Below the pieces are notes generated by a model that did no database searches, was not told the origin of the DNA, and saw nothing but the letters and a program-made list of their open reading frames with translations. From contig NC_047023.1 of NCBI RefSeq assembly GCF_902652985.1, positions 10,912,001-10,976,000 on the forward strand: DNA of 64,000 bases, in the 5' to 3' direction. The stretch is from Pecten maximus (taxonomy: Eukaryota). Shown piece by piece: positions 14,330 through 26,602 of this stretch. A program made the position numbers and the translations under genes. Every line of letters begins with the position of its first letter. Within the stretch, counting starts at the first letter, position 1.

Positions 14330-14525
14330 ATATACCAAATAGGCCAAACTTTCAAGCAGAGGGCGGCAAGTGCCTATTTTACAGAATTTGGTTCAACCAG
14401 TTACGACCAGGGGACAGAACATAATGCCTATCTGACAAGGATGAACGCTCGACTATAGGCCAAAGGTGAGGCATTGTCAAGTAGCCATTAGGAAGAAATA
14501 AAATAGATTTAGAATGAAAAGAAAA
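14330..14525 (-). mobile_element. Degraded SINE-like repeat fragment (same family as 47520-47620)
   Basis: Minus strand CCTCACCTTTGGCCTATAGTCGAGCGTTCATCCTTGTCAGATAGGCATTATGTTCTGTCCCCTGG aligns by eye with 47551 CGACACTTGGCCTTTAGTTTGGCGTTCGGCCCTGTGAAGAAGTTTTTAGATTTTGTCCCCTT; a degenerate tRNA-like segment. Confidence 0.55.
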
Positions 14526-17500
14526 ATAGTATAGGGTAGCTTAACCTATCTAAATTGTACTTTTACAAAGAAAGTTTGGTGAGTGTGAATAAGTCATCAA
14601 GAACTGGCAAGCACATTTGCATATTGAATTAACGTGACAAACGGGAACATGCAAATTCTACTGAATTGAGGTCAACAGATGTTTGTTAATTTTGTAGTCT
14701 ATTCGTTGGAATTGTAAAATCCAATAAATATATACCGGTACATAATATATACTCTACGGATCAAGTCTGTAATTTACCACAATCCCTAACCACACAATAT
14801 AATGATGACACTAATCTAGGTTAACAACGTCACGTTGCCATCCAATGACGTCAGGACGGTCTCCCGAGCTTACGTTCCGAATTTTCCCGGGTGATTCAAT
14901 GACGCTAAGAAATAAAACAGGAAATCAATTACTCTATAGAACTTAGTACATGTTTAGTGACGCTGATCAGCATCTGACCAGGGGCAATCGTTTATATCAC
15001 TCTGGGGAGTGGATGTGGTTACTAGCATATTACTGATAGTTAAAGGAACTTTATTATCAAGATAACAAAACTGTCGCGTTTGTTATATGAATATGGGTCA
15101 GATGTCAGGCCAACAGTAAAACATCAGTAGATTGGATCCGCTCTAACGGATGTTTGTAGGTTGCAAGTTAGTATGAAACTGGTTTATGTTGAGAGACCTG
15201 AATAAGTTTTTCTTCTATCAAAATAGAAAAAAACATTATCCACTTCTTTTGTTAGCTCTATCTAATTACATTTACATTTACAAGTATCAACACTATCGAA
15301 TATCATTACAATAATGGATAGCAAAGCAGCAGAACCAATGTTCGCCATTTGCTAATAAAAAACGACGGAGAAAAGGGCGTGAGTATCTGACACTTATGTT
15401 ATTCAATTAGATTTTTAGCATACGGATAAGACAGGAACTCAATGTAAATGCAAAGCTAAATCAAAACGGAGATTAAAAACATCAGAGACATAGGGTATCA
15501 AGTGCATGTACATATGTATATCGGTAATGTGGGAGATTAATCCCACACACTGAGTTTGTGAAAGTCTCCAGAAAAATGGCATTTCATGGTTTAAAGTTGA
15601 AATAAAATACAAAACGCTACGTCAGTGATACAAACATTTATGAACATCGTAATTAATGGGAATACATTTGGGAAAACGAATAACACAAAACAAATCTTAG
15701 ATGACTATCTGTAAGTTTGTGTTTTTCGGAATTCTAGAAAAGATACAATTTGCAACTGTGGTATTCATTATAGAACGCTTAAGAAAATACGGAAACTAGA
15801 TTAAACCATGACAACTTATGAACAGGTTCAAGGTCTGTTGCTCCAAAGAATGACTCATATATGTAGACCTATGACATTTTCAAGCAATAGTGTTCGACAC
15901 ATAATCTATTACAGAATTGATATGTAAATATAGTATTTCCTTTTATGCCATTTGTATTGTTCTTCAGGAAAATGCATGTATTGAAAAACATTTGTGTCTA
16001 AGGTCAATATGGATGCGTTTTTACACGAATGATGAATTATTTCCATTCATTGATACAATAGACAGCATCTGCTAACACTGATTATAATCAGCAAACACAT
16101 TGATAGAATATGGCAAACCATTGAATGTTAAAACCTGGTCAAGTATATTTAGACCACGTGGTATCGTGGGTATTCTTCTCATATATGAGCTTAATGCTTT
16201 AAAAAAAAATGCATCAATCTAAATATCTTTGCTATCGCGCTATGTTGTGGTTATAAGAAAGAACATATTATACATTTGATGACTACCATCAATCTTGAAA
16301 CACAATGTTACGTAATAACACACAATTATCCGAGTGTGTACTCTTGGAAAATCCCAATTTGCATACATTTCAAGGACTATTTCTTTGGTACATTAATTAA
16401 ACAAGAAACAATTATTCACATCTATAGGTAATAATGACATCACCAGAACTAATTCAGTAGTCTGACGTTATTGTTTCTAATGAAAATATCACATCTTTCG
16501 GCAACACTCGCGTCAACATTTTTAGATAACAGAAATTAGATTACATTTACAAATTAGCACACTGTCTGCCATACAGACTAATCATCGTAATCTTACTATC
16601 ATTCATTAGATCAAATAACGTTAAAAACTAAATTGATATTTACTTACCTACAATCCCAATTGCCTCTCGACATATAAATATTACTCCAGGTATTTAGTGA
16701 CAAAACAAATCAGTCTCGTAAGTTGTAATAATAAATACTGAATTGTTTCACTATCCCTGTCTCCAATCACCAAGAATGGACAGTGTGCGTCTGATATGAT
16801 ATCTAGCGTTAATATAGCTAAGGAATCATTTAATACAAGATAAATGTTCCTCAGTCTAGTAGTGCAGGAGCCCAGGACTAGCATGGAAATAATGATGATA
16901 CAAATATAACGATAAGGGATGTTTTTTACTTGGCAAACGCGTAATAACAAACAGAAACCCAGTCTGGTGTATAATATTAAAGCAAGCCGAGAATGAATGA
17001 ACTTTTCCCCTTGAACTTTTCTTAGAAGTTAGTTTGTTTATATACGTATATCACTTTGATTTATAACAAAATTTGATATGAGTGTGACCCATTGATATAT
17101 AAGGCCATGTCCTTTGAAGACGACGATGGCTCCAGCTGTATATTAACATGTAGGCTAACTGCATTACGTTACAGTGCACTGCAAACTCAGAAAGCAATTC
17201 ATACTGAGGAACTAGCCGCGAGTTGGGATAAGTAATTATATTAGGTTATGTACTAGGTTGTCTCAGTGTCTACCTCAGTGTTTGCTGTGGAACGTCATAC
17301 GAAGTTAAAACGACATATCGCAAAGCATTTTAATCTAATATACTTTGATTTGAAGTACCCATTTTGTCAGGTCGAACTTTAAAAGCCCTGTAAAATTAGC
17401 GATCTCAGGAAAGGTTTTAAAACCAGGCGATATCAATTTCAAATGCATGCTGATGATAGAGAGATAAATGACAATATCAGTAGCGGCACTTTACACTGAT

Positions 17501-18039
17501 TTCCAGTGCTGTAATCTGGTGTCGATATGGATTATAACGCTGAAACAAGTAGAGTATAACGACATACAAAATGTAATCGTAATTATGTCTCCAAATTGAT
17601 AAATTGATCAAAAGAAGCAAAACAGTGAACCCTTGTAAAAGTACTAGGAAGGAGAATATAACACATGTTCAAGCAGAGTCAGCATTGTTTTCTTCATCTA
17701 GGACAACCGTGATGCAAATCTAGGTCATATAAGGTTGTGCTATAACATCAAAATGAGAATCACTATAGAGACAATGGAAGCTTTTCAAAGAAAATTGAGA
17801 AGTGCAAACATCATATCTCGCATAAGGAACTGGAACATTTTCCAATGGGACCATAATACCGACCATGGAACTCCCTCATGGTCTTAATCAGCATGCACCT
17901 CCGTGTCTCTGATTTTTCCATTAGCAGGTTAGCACGGAAGTCGTGATACTGGGAGTAATATAAATCAACGTTTGAACCGTAGAATGAAGCGTTCAGGGTC
18001 GATCTGCAGCTTTTTGTTTGGGTTATATTAATTAAGTTT

Positions 18040-18300
18040 GGTCAGTTATGACAACGCATCATCAACGATATACAGCTGAAATTGAACGATTTTGTTTGAG
18101 TTGTGTTTCTCAATCTGAAAGTATTTCAATATATTCAGTCAGAAGTACGAATAAAAAATCAAGTTGGTCAAAAGTGGGACACAAATGCTGACTAATGGGT
18201 AAATGCCAATATATTTTTGGAAGCCTACCAAACTAAACCAATATGATTTCGAACAGAAATTCAATCATTTCCGCGATTCTATCCTTGGTGTATTCCCTTT
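18040..18300 (-). mobile_element. Degraded Penelope-like element reverse-transcriptase fragment
   Basis: Frameshifted minus-strand translation: IAEMIEFLFEIILV*FG..FQKYIGI..SICVPLLTNLIFYSY..SFNFS..YIVDDALS. This matches the PLE-type RT pattern MLEFLIDNIFV.FG..FQQ.IGIPMGTNCAPLLADLFLYSYE..SFNFTFRYIDDVLS (motifs B'/C). Confidence 0.65.
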
Positions 18301-18344
18301 GGGCCTTTGTCGAATCCTTACCTAAATGTACTCCGGTACAATAG

Positions 18345-18835
18345 CAATGATACGCTCAGACTCTTCTTCAAAGTATCAAGAAGGGAGATTCGAATAACAC
18401 TCTGGTACAAAAAGCCTTTCCTATAGATAGAATTGTAATGACTTCTCGCCTGATATCATTTTTTATTCTTGGTCATGTTGGATTTACTGGAAATGACAAG
18501 GTTGCTATGGAAGCATTTAACCTACAGCAAATCTATATGAATTTGCTATATTCCGATTTCAAACAGATAAACCTTTTACTTTCAAGCATTTTTTTTGCTA
18601 GACATATTCACTCCCTAAATGAAACGCTTTTCGATATAATTTCTTAACCGCTTATATTTATTAATTGGCGTGAAATAGATCTCTACCAGTTTGATTGATA
18701 TCGGGGATATTTAGATTTTCACCATTTAAACATTTAAGTAGAGTTTGATGTGTTTCTTGTCATAAATGTCGTTCTAACATTGTGCTGTTCGGCCCTGAAT
18801 TATTAAAACTGTCGTTGGGCCGTGAAACAACACAA
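18345..18835 (+). mobile_element. 5'-truncated, internally deleted I-group (I/Nimb-like) LINE: RNase H remnant, ORF2 end and 3' tail
   Basis: SDS..LQSIKKGDSNNTLVQK, then ILGHVGFTGNDKVAMEAFNL..YSDFKQI (RNase H PGHVGI.GNE.AD motif plus the YSDFK box of I-group ORF2), a C-terminus-like segment, and tail TTCGGCCCTGAAT..GTCGTTGGGCCGTGAAAC followed by a simple-repeat tail. Confidence 0.7.
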
Positions 18836-19010
18836 CTAAATACAATATACAACACAATATAATATACAATACAATATACAACACAATACAATATACAACA
18901 CAATATAATATACAATACAATATACAACACAATATAATATACAACACAATATGAAACACAACACAACATAATATGCAACACGATATAATATACATCACAA
19001 TACATTACAA
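18836..19010. repeat. Compound pentanucleotide microsatellite (AATAT/AATAC/AACAC)
   Basis: Seen directly; probably expanded from the adjacent LINE tail. Causes the spurious ORFs 18760-19035 and 18774-18998. Confidence 0.9.
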
Positions 19011-19259
19011 TGAGATAATCCTGCATGGTTATCAACCAAATTCGTCTTTCTTTGAAAGGAAAATTTTCTTAACAAGTGACAGTTTGTATGAAAATGGTAA
19101 TGTGAAAATAATGAAATGTCTCAGTGAAATGGACATTTTTAGAAGCGGGTTATCAACATTGATCAAAGGCTCTTATATATTATGTATCGCAATATACCTG
19201 CAATACTAGTTTGTAGAATGGTTAATTGAGGTGTGCATGTAGATTTGGTTACACATCCA

Positions 19260-19990
19260 ATCGAACATACAATATAACATGCTTACAGACCCCCCGAACC
19301 AGCAATATAAGTTGTAATACCCCCCCCCCCCCCCCCCCATCCAACAATATCACTTGTTTATACACCTTCTTATATCCAACACTTTTTCTTGTTTATACAA
19401 CCCCCAAAACCAACAGTTTATCATGTTTATCCAACCCCCTGAAGCCAACAATATAACTTGTTTATACAACCCCCAAAACCAACAATATAACTTGTTTATA
19501 CAACCCCCAAAACCAATATTTTTTCATGTTTATACAACCCCCAAAACCAACAATTTCTCATGTTTATACAACCCCCAAAACCAACAATTTATCTTGTTTA
19601 TACATCCCCCAAAACCAACAATTTATCATGTTTATACAACCCCCAAAACCAATAATATAATTTTTTATACAACCCCCAAGCCAACAATATAACTTGTTTA
19701 TATAACCCTCCAAACCAACAATATAACTTGTTTATACAACCCTCCAATTTTATGACCCCTAAGCCAACAATATAACTTGTTTATACAACCCCCCCCAAAG
19801 ACTACAATTTAACTTTTGTATACCAACCCCAACCAAACAATTTACCTTATGTATACCAACCCCAAGTCAACAATATAACTTGTTTATACAACCTTCCAAA
19901 CCAACAATATAACTTGTTTATACAACCCTCCAAACCAACAATATAACTTGTTTATACAATCCCTCAAACCAGCAATATAACTTGTTTATA
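19260..19990. repeat. ~34-bp minisatellite (AACCCCCAAAACCAACAATATAACTTGTTTATAC) with an embedded C19 run
   Basis: CCAACAATATAA at 19445 and 19479 (34-bp period); about 20 copies; poly-C at 19320-19338. Confidence 0.95.
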
Positions 19991-20471
19991 AGGATTTCGT
20001 ATAGATAAGGTATCGTTGGTGTGGATCCTTATTATGAAATGACACTTTGGAAAACTTAGATATTATCATTATTATATCACTATGTTGTTATCATTTCATA
20101 CTTTACAGCCGTTAGCTCTAAAAGTGTCATTGGGGCCGAAAAGGTAAAACAAAATAGGTATAAAAACGACATCAAACAAACGAAGCATTTGTATATAATT
20201 ACACAAATAGATAAAGTGACTATGGTTAATCAAATCTTGTGATAAAGACCAGCAGCTTTTAGCAAGATCAAAATTTTGCTCATGTTAACAGTTCGAAAAA
20301 GAAATTTTTGACTTGTTATGCTGTTGCTGAAACACAACAAGCTAGCATGTTGCCTCTGGCAAAGGTAGGTGTCAGTTATTTGATAATCAAACGCTTTTTG
20401 CTAGTATCGAATGTAATAGTGTTTGCAGAGGGATGCAAATTTTTAGATACAACCACAAAATGGTCATGTTC

Positions 20472-21048
20472 AGGCCCTGTCACACTATAGCGTTTTGTTG
20501 GACGTTTGGTTGCGTTTTGAAAAATTGGAGAAACGTCGGGGAACGTCGACGTTCTTCAAATTGAGTTTCTTGGTCAACGTTGTTATAACGTTCAGGAGAG
20601 AAGCAACAGCATACTGGTGTTTCTCTTGGTCTGTCATTCTTCTGAGGGCTTTTGACTCTGTGAAAGTTCCAACAGGGCTGGCGTGGCCTCTGCAAGCCCC
20701 TTATATATGCAAGTGCCTGCCAAACGCTCCTGAAAGCTACCAGTAGGCTACAGGCGTCGTCCGCCTAGCGTCCAGGGAACGTCCTGACGTTCGAGTTACG
20801 TTCGAGTAACGCCCGCCAACTTTCGTGTAGCGTTCCTCTAACGCGTAAGTAGCGTTTTGGTAGAACGTCGTGAATTTTTGTGCACACCCAAACATATTTT
20901 TCACCCTCAGCGTTCGTCGGCGTCCCTCAACGTTTGTCGACGCTCGTCTAACTTTCTTATAACTTGTTTCCAACGTTCTCGACGTTCCTCTGCGTTTCGC
21001 AACACGTTACTCGAACGCTGGTGAGAACGTCGTAGTGTGACAGGCCCT
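20472..21048. mobile_element. PIF/Harbinger-like MITE
   Basis: TIRs AGGCCCTGTCACACTA and TAGTGTGACAGGCCCT (15/16 match); TTA to the right; CpG-rich interior with many AACGT/ACGTT motifs; no coding capacity. Confidence 0.8.
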
Positions 21049-22882
21049 TTAGAACGTGTCGGTTTTATATTGCGTTCAAGAAATAGAGACTTGTGTTTTC
21101 TAACGTTGCCATGTCCTGTTATGTCTGAGCCCATATATACTCTATATTGTTACAAATAAATAAATCATATACATCTAAGTCTTAATTTTACTATATATTT
21201 GTTCGCGTTACAGTTTGTAGGGAAATAGTTTGTAGTCTTGTAGTGCATGCTATTGCCATACAAATAAGCCGCGATTTATTTTCTTAAACGGTCAGGAAAT
21301 ATTTTCAGGAACTATTTATTTTCCGATGATGTTAACTTCTGTTGCATTTATGTAGAAAACGGTCCACTTAAGTTTATATGATGACATTTAACAAATCCAG
21401 ACATTCTAAGGTCCGTGAAATATCAACTACCTGTTTACTGACTATCAAGTGTCATCTATATAATGTTGATAAAATAGATTAGAAACAATGTAAAAGAATA
21501 GCAATGTTATCTTTTCGAATCAAACATTTAAAACACTATCGGACTCTATAAAAATTGAAAATAATATAATACGTTTTTAAATAAAAAGCTTATTTGTGAG
21601 GTCGTCATGTCGCGTTTTAGGGTTTATCAATAGATTTACCAGTCCCTCTAGGGAAAGTACTGCTGAAAACAAAATTGTTCTACATGCATGCAGGTGAGAA
21701 ATGAATTACAAAAATACGTTTATACAGGAGGTGGGCACGGCGCAGGTATATTACCTGCTCTTACTGTGCCTGTATGATTTTTTCCATTTTCCCATTTTTA
21801 GTTTTTATTCTTATAGTTTATCAAACGATATAATTGATTATGCTTTACCCCATAATTACCCAAATCGACAACTGTTCTGGCTATGTTATTGTCAAAAGAT
21901 TAAGTCCAATTCTAAGGTAAGAAATCAATTACCGCTGTTTCTGAAAACCTGTGTGATAACGATTTGAAGATAAACTTACCGCAGACGTTTTGCGAGAAGT
22001 TTATAACTATTGGTTGACTGCACATGACACGAATTTAATTGATATTGTTTTCTTCACTGTTCGAAGTATTCTTTTTCAATATGAGGTGACTAATATCGAT
22101 GCAAATGCTGGACTTGATTTTAACAATTTCCTTACAAATGAAAAGACGCACCTGCTAGGAAAATACTCTCCGATTGAGTCATAAGAGGCATCTGAATTAA
22201 GGATCGTATATTTTCTATACTTTGAAAAATGTATTCCTTCTTTATGTCATCAGGAAAAATCCTACATATTCCTTCAAAGGATCATCAGGCCAACTAAGGT
22301 GTACATCCTGTTTGCAGCCCGACGTTCAGCTTCAGAGTTACTCGTGGGGACTAGTTTTCGCTCGTAGGTGATATAAAGTGGTTGTTTTGGTATTCCCAAC
22401 TATTGGGACAAGGAGAGCCATGTCGAGGTGTAAAAAGGACAGGACATTTTTTGTTAGAGAGACCGCTAATATTACAACGCTCTCTCGTATCCTTTCTTGT
22501 AGATTTCCGGATCAATATAATTGGTCAGATACAGCTATCACAAATGTTTCAATTCATATATTCGGGTATATTGATTTCCAATTGAATAAATTTATTGAGT
22601 ATAACTTATTTTCCTTCAGATACTTTCAATTTAATTATACAGTATCCGTCCTTGATTCACGCATATTTGCGAAAAAGAATATCAGCACGGCACTTAAACA
22701 TGTCATAATACATCTATTACAGCTTTCGTGTTATATATGACATCCAAACGTCATGTACTTATTTAGATGACGCCACTTTACTGTGAGGATGGCTTTTAAT
22801 GGTTGATGTTCAGTTTCAAAGCGCCGCTTGTATGATCGCGGGCATATTGGTGTCTTCATCCACATACCATTCAATATTACTA

Positions 22883-23344
22883 CAGTCAAACCTGCTCTAA
22901 CTGCCACCTTGAATAAGCGGTCACCTCCGTTAAGCGGCCAGTCTGTGGTCTGCCCGATGGAAAACACTATATAATGAACCTTAAATAAGCGGTCACCTGT
23001 CTAACGCGGTCGACGGCCACAAATATCTGCCCCGAGTAGTTGTATCGTCCTGTATTAAGCGGCCATTTTGTCCGGAAGTAGATATCCGTGATGATCACAT
23101 GACCAAGTATTTTTATCAAATTCATCAAAACTTTGATCTTTGTTGGTTTTCATTTCAAAATACACTGTACATGGTATATCGGTATCAATATCAATAAGTG
23201 CATTATAACATGATACAGTCATTAAACTGTTGAAAAAAAGTGGGCAACAGGCCGTGTCTGGCCAACCTGGTTTAAGCAGCCACCTGTCTTAAGCAGCCAA
23301 TATCTGTTGGTCCCTTGGGTGGCCGCTTAATGCAGGTTTGACTG
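22883..23344. mobile_element. Tc1/mariner (pogo/Tigger-like) MITE
   Basis: TA|CAGTCAAACCTGC ... GCAGGTTTGACTG|TA: 13-bp perfect TIR with TA TSD and repeated subterminal TAAGCGG(T/C)CA motifs. Confidence 0.9.
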
Positions 23345-24029
23345 TATTAAACAAAAACTAGTTTATGTACGAACGGGTACCGTGTTGAAATTTAAATTTC
23401 CAAAATGATTTTGCATTTACTTAGCAGTAATTAGTGCATTGTATATTCTCTACAATTTATACTCATATAAACATGTAGATAGTATCCATCATAAGGATGA
23501 CGGATATGCTTCAATATCACGTGAAACGTTTCTAAAAACCATTTACTAACTGTAGGTATTGTGCATGTCGTGTTAAGTTATCCGGGCGCGAGTCGATACA
23601 GCCATAATACTGGTCTCCCAAAGTGATGTCTTAGAGCTTATACCATCACTTTCATGATGATGGATCGCATAAGGCGAACTATTAAACCCACAAGACCCTT
23701 CCTAAAAGTAGTTATTCTGAAAGCGAAGAATTGGGAATATTTAAAACAGACATGATGTATGGTTGCTGGGAAACCGTTCGAAGAAATTGACCTTGAAGAA
23801 AACATTCGGTAGAATTGGGAAGACAAAAAGTTAATTCACTTCTATACAGATCTATCTGTTTAGCGTAACGTAACGTTCACGCATGTGTTTAAAAAGAATT
23901 ATCTGAAAAATTACAATTTTCTTTAACAAGCTTAGGTAATAACATTCGAGTCGCAACGTGGTTTTGAAGATCGAATACAACAAAGCTAAAGCCGTCTGCG
24001 AGTATACGCCGAGTCGCACAGAACATTTA

Positions 24030-26602
24030 CTCTAGTCCGAGTGAGTGTAACCACTGTATGATAACACTTCTTCTAGTTCGAATGCGTGCAACCACTGTAT
24101 GGTAACACTTCTTCTAGTTCGAATGCGTGTAACCACTGTATGATAACAGTTTCTCTAGTCCGAGTGAGTGTAACCACTGCATAGGTACAGTTCTTCAAAC
24201 CTGAGTTCAAGAGTGTAACCACTGCATGCGAACACTTCCTCTAGTTTAAGTGAGTGTAACCACTGCATGGTAACACTTCCTCTAGTCCGAGTGAGTGTGA
24301 CCACTGCATGGGAACACTTCCTCTAGTCCGAGTGAGTGTGACCACTGTATGATAACACTTCTTCTAGTCCGAATGCGTGTAACCACTGCATGGTAACACT
24401 TCCTCTAGTCTAAGTGAGTGTAACCACTGCATGGTAACACTTCCCCTAGTCTAAGTGAGTGTAACCACTGCATGGTAACACTTCCCCTAGTCTAAGTGAG
24501 TGTGACCACTGTATGATAACACTTCTTCTAGTTCGAATGCGTGTAACCACTGTATGATAACACTTCTTCTAGTTCGAATGCGTGTAACCACTGCATGATA
24601 ACAGTTCATCTAGTCCGAGTGAGTGTTACCACTTTGTGGGAATAGTTCCTCTAGTCCAAATGAGTGTAACCACTGCATAGGTACAGTTCCTCTAGTCTAA
24701 GTGAGTGTAACCACTGCATGGGAACACTTCCTCTAGTCTAAGTGATTGTAACCACTGTATGATAACACTTCTTCTAGTCCGAATGCGTGTAACCACTGTA
24801 TGATAACACTTCTTCTAGTTCGAATGCGTGTAACCACTGTATGGTAACACTTCCTCTAGTCTAAGTGAGTGTAACCACGGTATGGTATCACTTCCTCTAG
24901 TCTAAGTGAGTGTTACCAATGCATGATAACAGTTCATCTAGTCCGAGTGAGTGTTACCACTGCATGGGAATAGCTCCTCTAGTTCAAATGAGTGTAACCA
25001 CTGCATAGGTACAGTTCTTCAAGCCTGAGTTCAAGAGTGTAACCACTGCATGGGAACACTTCCTCTAGTCCGAGTGAGTGTTACCACTGCATGGGAACAC
25101 TTCCTCTAGTCTAAGTGATTGTAACCACTGCATGGTAACACTTCCTCTAGTCTAAGTGAGTGTAACCACTGCATGGTAACACTTCCTCTAGTCCGAGTGA
25201 GTGTAACCACTGCATGGTAACACTTCCTCTAGTCCGAGTGAGTGTAACCACTGCATGGTAACACTTCATCTAGTCTAAGTGAGTGTAACCACTGCATGGT
25301 AGCACTTCCTCTAGTCTAAGTGAGTGTAACCACTGCATGGTAACACTTCCTCTAGTCTAAGTGAGTGTAATCACTGCATGGTAACACATCCTCTAGTCTA
25401 AGTGAGTGTAACCACTGCATGGGAACACTTCCTCTAGTCTAAGTGAGTGTAACCACTGCATGGGAACAGTCCTCTAGTCTAAGTGAGTGTGATCACTGCA
25501 TGGTAACACATCCTCTAGTCTAAGTGAGTGTAACCACTGCATGGGAACACTTCCTCTAGTCCGAGTGAGTGTAACCACTGCATGGTAACACTTCCTCTAG
25601 TCCTAAGTGAGTGTAACCACTGCATGGTAACACTTCCTCTAGTCTAAGTGAGTGTAACCACTGCATGGGAACACTTCCTCTAGTCCAAGTGAGTGTAACC
25701 ACTGCATGGTAACACTTCCTCTAGTCTAAGTGAGTGTAACCACTGCATGGTAACACTTCCTCTAGCCTAAGTGAGTGTAACCACTGCATGGTAACACTTC
25801 CTCTAGTCTAAGTGAGTGTGACCATTGCATGGTAACACTTCATCTAGTCTAAGTGAGTGTAACCACTGCATGGTAACACTTCCTCTAGTCTAAGTGAGTG
25901 TAACCACTGCATGGTAACACTTCCTCTAGTCTAAGTGAGTGTGATCATTGCATGGTAACACTTCCTCTAGTCTAAGTGAGTGTGGCCACTGCATGGTAAC
26001 ACTTCCTCTAGTCCGAGTGAGTGTAACCACTGCATGGTAACACTTCATCTAGTCTAAGTGAGTGTAACCACTGCATGGTAACACTTCCTCTAGTCTAAGT
26101 GAGTGTAACCACTGCATGGTAACACTTTATCTAGTCTAAGTGAGTGTTACCACTGCATGGTAACACTTCCTCTAGCCTAAGTGAGTGTGGCCACTGCATG
26201 GTAACACTTCCTCTAGTCCGAGTGAGTGTAACCACTGCATGGTAACACTTCATCTAGTCTAATTGAGTGTAACCACTGCATGGGAACAGTTCTCCAGTCC
26301 GAGTGAGTGTGACCACTGCATGGTAACACTTCCTCTGGTCTAAGTGAGTGTAACCACTGCATGGTAACAGTTCTCTAGTCTAAGTGAGTGTTACCAATGC
26401 ATGGTAACAGTTCCTTTTGTCCGAATGAGTGTTACCACTACATGGTAACAGTTCCTTTTGTCCGAAGGAGTGTAACCACTGCATGGTAACAGTTCCTCTA
26501 GTCCGAGTGAGTGTAACCACTGCATGGTAACAGTTCCTCTAGTCCGAGTGAGTGTAACCACTACATGGTAACAGTTCCTTTTGTCCGAATGCGTGTTACC
26601 AC
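24030..26602. repeat. 41-bp satellite, ~63 copies (CTAGTCTAAGTGAGTGTAACCACTGCATGGTAACACTTCCT)
   Basis: 41-bp period (e.g. CTTCCTCTAG at 25141 and 25182); head-to-tail units without spacers. Confidence 0.98.

Noticed and set aside
18760-19692. Cys/Tyr- and Pro/Gln-rich short ORFs
   Set aside because: These are translations of microsatellite and minisatellite DNA.
22230-22290. Two CCTGATGA motifs on the minus strand, one followed by a TCCTT/AAGGA stem
   Set aside because: The required GAAA core strand is absent, so no hammerhead can be built.
21990-22740. Coding-like stretch with ORFs of 64-120 aa
   Set aside because: No recognisable motif in the frames I translated; stops on the minus strand and no clear splice structure.
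24030-26602. CRISPR-like array (palindromic ~41-bp repeats)
   Set aside because: No unique spacers, no cas genes, eukaryotic context; it is a satellite.
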